Positions 26,601-38,600 of a stretch of DNA of 64,000 bases are shown piece after piece. Within the stretch, counting starts at the first letter, position 1; the number at the start of each line of letters is the position of its first letter. Source of the stretch: Mytilus californianus (Eukaryota); the NCBI RefSeq assembly GCF_021869535.1, contig NW_026262679.1:30442001-30506000 (forward strand). Direction: 5' to 3'. The notes under the pieces are model-generated. The model did not search any database and was not told the origin of the DNA. It saw nothing but the letters and a program-made list of their open reading frames with translations. The position numbers and the translations under genes were made by a program.

Positions 26601-29600
26601 AAATTACAATGTCTCTATTTGTTAAATTGAATTTGTTTTCCCCTGATTTTAAAATTATCCATATTATTTTGAGTTCCAGCTGAGGAAGTTTTATATAGTA
26701 TTAATAAAATTGGTACCAAAAGACGAATAGTACACTGATATAATCAAAATGAGAAACCACAGGAGTTTTTTTTATTGCCATTTATTGTTCTAAAAAAATG
26801 CACCACAAATTAATTGTGTTATCGGGCCTTTTATGCAATACCGATGAAAAATATCATATAGCCAAAGCATCGGTACGAGAATATATTAAAATGTCTATGT
26901 TAATAATGTAGCATTGTATCAAATCTAAGGAATCCTTATTTCAAGGAAAAGTTAACCAAAGATTATTTTGCCTGTTCTGTCTAACTACGTTTGTTGTCAA
27001 AGCTTGTTTCTGTTGTTTGTATTCTGTTTCCTAAGTTAATGTATGTCTTTAACATATGGGATATACGTCAATGAAAAAACAATAAAACGACACAAAATAA
27101 CGAACAAAAGACATCGATAGATCAACATAAAATCTACATCAAATTGGCTAGAGATCATTCTAAAATGAGTGTCTTGTGATTTAAAACACTGTGAGTCGCG
27201 TAATATGAAGTCACTAGAGACTTGCATGATCATTGTAACACAAATTTAATTATTAATTCAAGTTAAATTTTAAATAACCTTTTAAATATTACTGTTCCAT
27301 ACACGTATGCATTATTTAAATGAATGGATGAACGCTGAGAAAGATTAAACCCATATCTGAATCCATATCTTCAATATTCTGTTGCATTACAGAATCTATT
27401 GTGTTATATTGTACTCATTTAGTGTGCGCATTATTGGCCAGTAGTGTATACAAAAGAATGGCAGCCAGTGCTTATGACCAGGCAACAAAGTCTGACATGA
27501 CTGCTCAGTCTAGGTATTTATTAAAACACTTAAAATATGGGACACCTTTATGTTTATATAAAAGTGTATAATTTCTGCACAACTGCACTAATTAAATTCG
27601 AAACGAACAATAGTTTTTTTTCAAAAGTTTATATGTTTTGAAAAAGTGCAAAGATACCATGTGGCCAATTGAATCATAAGTTGAAGTAAGACAGACAAAA
27701 ACATGACTAGAATTGAGCAGCATTTCCAGTATAGAAGATGTCAATAGAGTACATTTTAGTTGACATCAAATGTCGAATGAGTGGTTTATTTCTAATTTGT
27801 TGATTAGTTTTTTTTTTTTTTTTTTATATAAACGCTCTGCTGAAACCGAATAGAAAAAAACATATCTACTTATTGTTTTCAAGTCTTGCCTGTCTGGTAT
27901 CAACGACAAAATCCATAAAAAAAATGAGCTGATTTGCAAATCTAACCACAATACTGTTTAATTGTTATCAACCTCTATGTTCTTTTGCAATGATAACACA
28001 AAATAATACTTCTGCTCCAAGAGAAAGAACCTATCAAAATGACAAAGATGAGTTTGAGGTCAAAAGAAAGAATTGGTCGGACAAACTTAATGCTTGAAAT
28101 AATAAACTAAACATTTGTTTCAATTGTTAAATCATGGTTCTTCTTCAAAGCAATTGTTGGTATGCAAAATGAAAATGAAAGTGCTTACACTGTGGACTAT
28201 TCTTCATAATACTATGAACAATACATTTTAATGTCTGTTTTTACAGGCTCTTCGCAGATAGAGCATTAGATTTGCAATCGAGATTGTATGACGATGACGC
28301 TGAGCTTGCAATGGATTTAGTTATCACAGAAAAAATCGTTTGGGACATCACTATAAGTCCAATGCAATGTGCCTATGAACATGATATGCTGGACGTTCTT
28401 GCTCAAACATGCCCTCAACGACGTTTAAATAAAATATGGTATAGCGGAATAAGTTCTAGTCTTGGAGGTTTTTGGAAGGTAAAAGTACTTGACCGCTTAT
28501 ATATAAATAGAGTCGATATGGTAAAAGTTATGATATAGTAAATCAACACTCAACTGACTGCGCGTCAAACGTAATTCTCTCTTTTAGGAATGAAAACCTG
28601 TTTAGGCTTAAATGACTGAAAGGTACCAAAAAATAAAATTATAAAAAAACGGCATATACATGTACACACATTATAAGATTTATAAGATTTCAATGACGTT
28701 GAAAAACATAAAGCGCGACTTTTTATTAAGACATCATATACTATAAACTTCATTGTAATGTTCTCTCTCCGTATTATTACCTTTGTATTGCCATGCATTG
28801 AATGCAACTAGAATTATCCGGCTGTGGCTATACTTATTGTCCTTCTTGGTTTATAAGCCCTCTTTGTTTTCAATACGTTTTTGATTTTTCAAATATTTCG
28901 GACTCGAGCATCATTCAAGAAACTTTTATTGTCGTAATTCACATCTGGTTCAGTACAATTGGTACCGTTAATGTTATACGCAACTCTTTAAAGGCATCAA
29001 AAGAAATGCTGTCGGTATGTATAAAGAAGCAGTCTAAAATGACACCAAATTTTGACAACAAACATCTCGGAAACTTTAACGAATTCATTGTAATTGAAAC
29101 TCTTTGAAAATTAAATTTGATCAGATGACAACGGCAGCAAAGAGACAAAATCTAGTTCTTTGGATTACATTTTTAAACGAACAAGAACCGTTTTAAAATG
29201 AAAGAAATGGAGTATTTGGTAGCATTAAAATAGAAGGGTGACAGATACTCTTGTGAAAAACAAATCCACAAAAAGGTTAAGGAAAACAAATCAAAACACT
29301 CGGTGAGCATTATTTAGACTCACTAGTACTTCTTGTGTTTTGGGTATATACTGTTTTTCATGTACGAATAAGAACATAATATCTACATTATAGAACTAAA
29401 ACTGATAAGATCAACGACATATAGCTTTTATACCTTTTATAATGCTTCTCTTCAGGATATCACTGCGTTCATCAGATCTTCTTCTAAAATATGTTTGAAA
29501 GTTATCACTGATCAAAAACCTCGGATGAGTTTACATTGTAGTTAAGAGAGGGTTTGTAAAAATATCCCATATTCATTATCTTTGTGAAAAGTTAGGTATT

Positions 29601-32600
29601 TGGGCTTGCTAACAAAATACTGTTTTATATTTTTAATGGAAACAACGATATAGCAAAAGAAGCGGAAGATACTAACGGGAAATTCTAAACTCATGAGTCG
29701 AAGAAAAACTGACAAAGCCATGGCCTAAATCGAAAAACGTGGAAAAGACGAATAAGTTTTCAAAAATAAAATAACACAATTAAAGATTGAGCAACACAAA
29801 CCCCACTTAAACTGGGTATGAACTCATGTGTTCCGGAAGGATAAACAGTTCTTGCTCTACCTGTGGAACCCGTCTTGTTGCTCATTGTAAGTACACATCC
29901 GATTATAAGTCTCATTTGGTGATGTCAATACAGATGAAAAAGAACAAGATTGTGGTTACTACAAAAATACGATATTCCAGCGCTTGTATTTCCTATCACG
30001 ATTTCCTTGATAGAGGATTGCTGCTCACAAGGAAGCTAGTAAACCAAGAGTTCAAAGTGGTGAAGTTGAAATCATCCCATCGTTAATTTTACGGACACCA
30101 TCACGAGTTGGTTGACAGTATGGAATATCCGTTTACAGATGAAAGCGGATATGTTCCAAATGTCGTATCTACAATCCAGTTCCTTTTTCCCTGAATGTGA
30201 CCTACCGAATAAAGAATTGTTACCGGGTTTGTACTAACATGAGCAACACGACGAGTGAAACATGTTGAGCAGAATCTTCTAACCCTTTCGGAGCACCTGT
30301 GATCACCCATAGTTTTGGTGGGGTTCGTGTTGCTCAGTCTTTAGTTATCTATGTTATGTTTTGTGGTACTATTGTTTGTCTGTTTGTCTTTTTATGTTTT
30401 AGCCATGGCGTTGTCAGTATATTTTCCACTTATGAGTTTGAATGTCCCTTCGGTATCTTTCGCCTCTCTTTTGGAACATATATGCGGTAATTTGTGATAT
30501 AGATACTACAGAACGGTCGCTCAACTCGAAAACGCTGGAAAGGGTGATGTCAACTTCACCAGTTAGAACCATTGGTCCAATAGCCCTTGTAAGCAGAATC
30601 CTTGTATCAATGAAATCATGATAGGAGACGCAAGCTGTAGAATATCGTATCAAATGGGAAATATATACTCATATGAAGGCGCTGCTGCAATGTTGCTACA
30701 TAGAAATGATCAAGCTTTTAAGATAAAATATTATTATTTAGAGGTAACTGTATTTCTCCAAAGATGAAAGTTGCCCAATTTGTTTACCATAACCTTTATC
30801 AAAACACTAATAAGGTGACATAATATTTTTTCAATTGCACCTTTTTACCATTCGTCAGGTCTTTTCTAATTTTTTAGTAATGATTACTTTTTGAATTGAT
30901 ATTTTATTCATTACTTTTTGTGCAGAAAGGCTGTTTAAAAGCTTGGTGCTGTTGCTGCAAGAAAGGTTCACCTTGTGAAGGACCAAAGCTTTTTGTCGCT
31001 CCTCTTACGAGGTTTTTGTTACATTACGTAAGTACTCACATATATAAAAATAGAGATATATAATATGATTGCCAATGAGACCAGAGTTCCAAATTAGGTG
31101 GATGTAAGCAATTATACGCAACCGTACGGCCTTCAACAATCAGAAAAACCAATACCGTATAGTCGGATATAAAAAGCCCCGACATGAAAAATATGAAACA
31201 TTTCAATTGAGAAAACAAACGGCCTAATTTATAACAAAACAGTTTAAGAAAAACAAATATGGAAAATGTGAACCAACGAACCACTGAACTACAGGCTCCT
31301 GACTTGGGACAGACACCAAAAAACTGTGGCGGGGTTAAACATGTTTGTGAGCACTCAATCCTCCCCCTAACCTGGGACAGTGGCGTAACAGCACGACTTA
31401 AGAACAAACTATAAAAATCAGTTAAAAAAGGTTTAACTCATCATATCGATACAAAGAAAAACATAAAACAAAAACATAGACGTGGCTGGGTATATATCCA
31501 TTCTTGATCCCTAACAAAAAAAAAGACACTAAGTACAGATCTGAGAGTACTCGCAGTTGCTGACAACTAGTTCAAACCCATAACAACTAATAAAACAAAT
31601 CATTTACCTTAGACTGAAATATCAATCAGTACACATCCAACATCCAACGGATTTAGCGTATAACTGTTAACTGTATCACTTACATTTAAACAAAAAGTTG
31701 GTACGTTCGGGGACGACTAGTTCACTTACCGTAAATTGGGTTATTTTGGTTGTACTTTTATTCTGGTTTATTTGGCGCCTCCTATGAAAGTGCCAAAATT
31801 AAACAAACAAAAATAAAGCAAACCAGCAAATTTAAATGCCAAAATCGTGTACCGGTATGACAATATCGTAATGTTAATTGTTGGGAATAATATACAAGTA
31901 CATGTAGGAAACATGAAAAGTGTTCACATTGCAATACATACCGGGTATAATTTGACAACACTTTACAATTTTTACTTAATTGTCAATTTTTTTAAACTGT
32001 TAAGAATGCACAATATGAACTCCTATTCACACATGTCATAAGTATGCCAGGCTATCGACATTGCTGATTAGACGCCGTTATTGATCATTAGAATAGCACA
32101 GTCCGTTGTAATACTTGATCTTAAATCATAATTAATAAATTAACATATACTGCCAAAGGCATAAGGATTAAAAATTAATTCCTTGATCGTCATTAGATAA
32201 ACATGTACTGCAAAAGAGATATTGATTAAAATATATTAACTGGACGAAGCACCAAAATTACACACACAAAACTAAAACACCAGCCTTTTGAGAGCAAACC
32301 TAAAAAAATATCCCGACGCCAAATTTGCTAATTTACGGTATCAACGATACCAACTCAGTGGTATTAGATACTCGTTCCAGCTGTTGTTTGTGTTTTGTAC
32401 CGATCTGATGACCCATTTCCAGCTGATTATTCCATTTTGTTCTTATGTTGTACGGATTTGCTCCACAGGAATAAATTACTTTAACTGTATATGGCAAAAC
32501 ATTTAGGAATTTTGGATCCTCAATGGTCTTCAGCTTCGTACTTTATGTAGCTGATTTAACTTTTGTTTGATTCGAGAGTCACTGATGAGTCTTTTATTGA

Positions 32601-35600
32601 CAAATTCTGGTATCTATGATGAGTTTATCCGATCATGGACAAAGAGTGGCTTCTGTATCTAAAATTACACAATCAAAATCAACAATCAAATGCAAAAAAT
32701 AAAATAAAAAATTACGTTCAAATTATTAATAGGATATTTGTCTATTGTATATTTATTCTAAAACTGCTTTATTTAAAAATATCTTAGTTGTGTTCTGTCA
32801 CATTTGATTGGAAAGTTCATGTAATATAACAGAAATGTGTTCCATATGATGGTATATCTACATTTGTCTCTTTAAATATGTTGAAGGGCGTACGTTGACA
32901 TATATGTGCCTACACGAAATGATTCAGTCTCTAATGGGACAGTTATATCATTGTCAATCGAGCCTGTCTCCTTTTTTAACATTAAGACTTAGTATTGTTT
33001 TACTTTATATTATGACTACATATTACCTTTCACTTTTTTGATTTATTTTGTTTGAATACTTTTAGGTATTTTTCTTTGGTGCTTTGGTATGTTACAGTAA
33101 CTTCCTCTTACAAATGGATGTATTTCAGGGAGTAGTCTCAATTGGTTTCAACGAGAAAGTTGTTTATTTGTATCTAGTAGGAGACATTCTTGAGGAGTAC
33201 AGAAATGCGGTATGATCTGTAATAATAATTTATCTGTCTAGAGCATATTACAAAAAATATTATGGTGCCACATCGGAATGCGGGTTACTATAGTGTGTGT
33301 CTGTTCGTCTACCTAATGTATGTCCGTCGGTCCATCAACAAATCTTGTAAACGCAGAATGTAATCAATTAAAGACTTCAAATGCAACGCATATCTGTAAC
33401 TAATTGGAGACATTCCCGAAGACGATAAACATGTATTGAAACGCTTATTATTAACACAAAATCTGCAAAAGTATGAGTAGAAGTGTAACAAAACAGTTAT
33501 TGTGCTTCATATGTAGATAATAAAATTATAATTAACTGGGGAAAACATTGCTGTAAAAAATAGTTTATCTTAAATATTCACAAATGTGCTGGGATATCAA
33601 CAGAAATAGGTGTATAATGCTACTTCTTATTGATCCTCGTTGTACACATACGCAAAAAATAAAGTGACCGGGATTACATGAAATTTTATATCTACGTAGA
33701 ACATGATACCTTGAATAAATTCATGGTATCACAATAAATTCGTCGGTCGCCATTTTTCTAAATTCCGCCGAAAATAATTCAAACTTTCAGTTCTCGGTTT
33801 TCTTCAATATTTGATATCCAGGTTGGTTATCATATCGTTAATTGATTCCTGGTGTAGTAATATAAAACATCTATTTTCTCCCAGTTTACAAAATGACAAC
33901 GTGTCCATCGACTTAATCAAAATAATTTTTTCGTTAGGCACTCAGTTCTAATTTTCTTTAATTCAGGATCATGTACAAGAATGGTCTCTGCAGACATTTC
34001 AGTTGATAAAGTTATGTTTAGAATGTGAATTTGCATTCCTGTGCGGCGTGTCTCGGTGTTTTGTACATCCAACATTAATGGATTTATTTTGATGTTTCTG
34101 TTATGGCTTCGGTTGGATAATCTGTTATGTCTTATCGTTTGTAGTCCAAATAACTATAAAATTGCCTTTTCATACCATCATTGTCATGAAAATTGTTTTG
34201 ACAAATATTGTGAAAAAAATTGTATAAATTAAAGTTAGAGATTGCATGTTAGTTACGTAAGCGCGTCACTGTTTTTGATATCCTGTGGTGTTTTTCGTTG
34301 ATGGAATATGTTCGTTGTTGTTCTGTGGTTTGCATGTTGTGTCGACTATTATATTATTTGTTTGTGCGTATCTCTGTTATGAATGTTCTTTCGTGTGTTT
34401 TAGCGATTCTTTTTAACATTGTCATAAAGCGGGAGGTTGGCATGCCATGAAACAAGGTTCAACCCACCATTTTTTTCTTAAAATGTCCTGTACCAAGTCA
34501 GGAATATGGCAGTTGTTATCAAATAGTGTTTATGTGTGTTGGCGTTTGTTTTTGTTGCACTTCGGTGTTCCTGTTGTTCTTTTGTTTTCCTCTTATAGTT
34601 GAGGACTCGTCTAAGAGATACTGGCACGACAAATGATCGTTTCCTTAGTGGCAGGCCATGTGAAACGACTTTACGTCATGACAGGCACATCCGCATTATT
34701 TATCACCGGAATCGGTTTGTAAACAGCACGAAAAACCCACGGAAGAAATAACAACAGAAAATATGCCCAAACAGTTCGTAACCGATTGCGTCAAGTTTGT
34801 CTAAGAGCACGTCGTCCATTGAAGGGACCTATCATTGCGCAGCGTTACAGGGTGGTGCGACTTCAATGGACTCGTGTACGGATTCGATTGAATAGGATAA
34901 CATGGAGACAGGTTCTTTTTACTGATGAATCGAAATTCAACTTTTAATTTAGCGACGGCAGAGCCAGGGTCTACCGGATGCGCAATGAACGATTTTCTAA
35001 TGCATGCGTACATGCAACAGATCGGTTTGGTGATGGCGGAATAATCTACCAGGAACGCACCGAGCTCAAAATCATTGATGGTTACCTAAATGCAACAAGG
35101 TATAGGGACGAAATTTTGGCTCCAGTTGTTCTCCCGTTTCTCCGAATGCATCGTTTTAACCACGTTTTTCAGCAGGACAACGCCCGTTGTCACGTGGCAC
35201 ACATTTCGATGAACTTTTTGGGGAATAATCATATTCTTGTGTTGCCATGGCCAGCAATGTCTTCAGATTTATCGTCAGTATTTGGGACGAATTTGGACGA
35301 TGTGTCAGAAATAGCCAAAATCCCCTGGAAACGCTCATCCAGCTCCGAACAGCACTTTTCAGGGAATAGACAACACCCCGCAAGACTTTATTCGACGTCT
35401 AATTGATTCAATGCGACGGAGGTGGCAGGCGGTCATAAATGCAAGAGGTGGCCATACATGGTTTTGACATGTTAACTTGAATTTTGTACTCGTCCTGTTA
35501 AAATTGTCCCAAAATGTGCAATATTGTTTCAAGTAGAGAAAACTTGTTATTGTTTTCTTTAAAATGATGTAAGCTAACTTTACTTTTTTGTTATAAAAAA

Positions 35601-38600
35601 CAAAAATGATCTTACAAACATGTAACGTTTCTTTTTTTTGCCTAGTATATTATGTCAAATATATAAGCCCAATATACCTTTCGGCTCTTGGGCTGATATC
35701 ATGACCTAGGGCCTAGAAAGGGTCTAACAGGAAAAATGACATGTTATGTTATTTTTATCATATATTTCAGCAGAATACATACAGACAAGAACTATTTTAA
35801 AAACTCACAAAAAATGCATTTATTGTTTTAATTGTTTTGCATTTTCATAATATATTGTCCTGTTTCCCAATAATTTTTGTGTATCCTACTTCGTTATATT
35901 TTTCACTAAAAACCTTCAATTGAGGTGTATTTTCCGGAATTTGCTAAGTGCAATGCGATTACGTTACAGAAAGGCATGCAATAATAACCGGAAAATTAAA
36001 TCACACGGCTAGGACAATTCTTCAGATGTAATGAATAGATATATGTACAAATTACGGTTTTATCAAGAGGTACAATTATACCATTATTTTTTATGAGTGT
36101 ATGATAATAATTTATTACCTGGTATATATAATAATGCTATGTTACTAGCTATAGACAGACAATGATTATAATAAATGACACCAAATTCTCTTTAAGTGTT
36201 GCTGCATAACACAATTTTTACAATGTTACGGTGATATATCCAGCACCACTCAAAAATCATAAATATGTATACAAATAAACAATCATACGAGTAAAAAGAA
36301 ATGAAATTTAATCACCACCCCCCCCCCCCCCCCCCCCCCCCTCCACGCAGTGAGACCAGATATTTTGACAAGGAAAGCATCTCGTCAATGTATTATCCAT
36401 CAAACATCATATTTTATTGTTAATGTCAATTCAAAGCCTTGAACATGTATATGCAATGCAACTGTGAGATAGACAACAATGAACATATGAAATCCATAAC
36501 GAATAGGCCACTTCAAGATTAAAGGAAAAGGAAAGAAAAGTAAATTATTTGTGGCAATATTGACCAATCATAAAATAAAATGTAAAACAATATGAACACA
36601 TTTTGGTATATCTGTATTAAAAAAAGATTAAATCCAAGATCAGAGTTGCTCGAAAAATCCAAAGCATTACATAAAATGCTTTACTCCATATTGACATACC
36701 TGACTTGCTTTGTTTTGTCCTTAAACGATTTTCTTTAATTTTTATAATGCATACTTGACATTTCAGTGATTGACCAACAAGACGGAGAGCAAAAATCAAA
36801 ATAATGTTCCTTTAATAAAAAGACATATGACAGTGTCAAGTGGGGGATTCAGAAAGACGTAAAAGGCGTACCCTTTCATCGAAAAAAAAGAAACTTTTTT
36901 TTTTCAAAATCGTTAGAACATTTCGCCTTGCTAAGGTCGCCAGTATCTTTAAAAAAAAACAATTTTGACAATTACGCCCCATTTTCTTTGAAACCAGCAT
37001 CCTCCCCTGAGGTCTATCTACTCAGATGCATATACATTTGAAAACTTTGTATTATAATAAACAATATACATGCATTTCAACTAAACCATATGCTTAAATG
37101 ATATCTAAAAAGTATTCTTACAAACAACTATATATTACTGGGTCTCCCAAGTGCCCCATGTGTAACCTTTATCAAAGTATAAACATCAATTTTATCATCA
37201 ATCAAAGCCGGGCTTCAGAGTTACTGTGAAACTACATAATATGTTAGCGTTGTGAATCAGATGCATACGTTGATAGTTAAAAATGCCAAAGATCTGTTTA
37301 GAGTACAGAATATCTAAGTTTCTTTCTTTTTTCTATAACATAAAACTAAAGACTTTTCTACTATTCATACACGTATTTCCAATCCTTAACTTTAACAAAT
37401 GAAGGTCTTTTATAATATCAGCATACTTAGCTGGATGTGAATTAGCATTTTTCACTTACTTTGTGGCAGAATATAAGTTCCCCCATAATATTTGTTCCAA
37501 TGAACTTTTATCATATAACAAAAGTTCCATTAGGAACTTTCCTTATATAATATTTTATCCAATGCTATTAGAAAATTTCCTTCACAAAGGATAAGATATT
37601 ACATAAGGAAAGTTCCCTATGGAACTTTTGTTATATGCTAAAAGTTCTCAGGAATATTTGTTATATTATAAAAGTTCTGAGGAAAATTTGTTATATTATA
37701 AAAAGTTCCAGGAATATTTGTTATATTATAAAAGTTCTAGGAATATTTGTTGTACTATAAAAGTTCCAGGCATATTGGAATATTGGCTATATTATAAAAG
37801 TGTTGTATTCCTCAGACTCCATTCTTCATGTTCTTTGTTTGTACTACATGTACAGGTTAATTGCATGTGAGGTGAACATTAATTAAGATGTAATCAGGTG
37901 TAATCTTTAAAGGAACAAATATTATGAAACCATATGACGTTTTAGTTTCAGGAAAATATCTTATGAAGGTGGAAATAATATTATGTAATGTTTGTTCCCA
38001 AGAACTTTTATTATCCATAGTTCGTTACAGGGGGGGAGTATTATGCGGATTAAATATATGTTCACAACTTCAACCTAGTTAGACTATACTACCAAAAATA
38101 AACTCATTTGTTTATAAAAACATTTTGTAAAAGTTTTGATCTGAAATATGAGCCTTATTGACAAAGAGACGAGTCCAGTATCCCCTAATGAACAAGATGC
38201 AGTCTCTTAACTAAACTATCATCTTCTGATTGGGATATTGTACTGAGTTGAAAACATGCAAAGGTACTTAAAATGGAATGATAAACGTAGATACAAATAT
38301 CTTGATTTAGAGAGGATCAAATCACACTTTGAAAAAATAACTCAGATTCAAACAAACAAATACTATGAAACTGACATTGGCAAGTTGGTTGATTTCTTCA
38401 TTGACAGCATATTTGTTACGTTTGATTGGCGTAATTTTAGGCAAATAATCGAATTTCTCATGGACACCAACTGTGCTCCTTTTTTTTGCCGAAATGTTCC
38501 TTTGTTCATATGATGCAGAGTTCACACGAGATTCTAAAAAAAAAATTTAAAAAAAGTATCACTATATCCTTTAACTTCACGTTCCGCTATATACTATTAG

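Noticed and set aside
30670-30750. Apparent + strand exon GAAAMLLHRN...YYLE|gtaact
   Set aside because: It is the reverse strand of a Penelope-like RT fragment
34978-35406. Tc1 ORF as an active transposase
   Set aside because: Upstream stop, internal deletions, missing catalytic Glu and no left TIR
37620-37800. CRISPR-like periodicity
   Set aside because: Contiguous tandem units with no unique spacers, no cas genes, and a eukaryotic context
37619-37870. Repetitive ORF with EYLLYYKS units
   Set aside because: Translation of the 29-30-bp minisatellite; unit length breaks the frame
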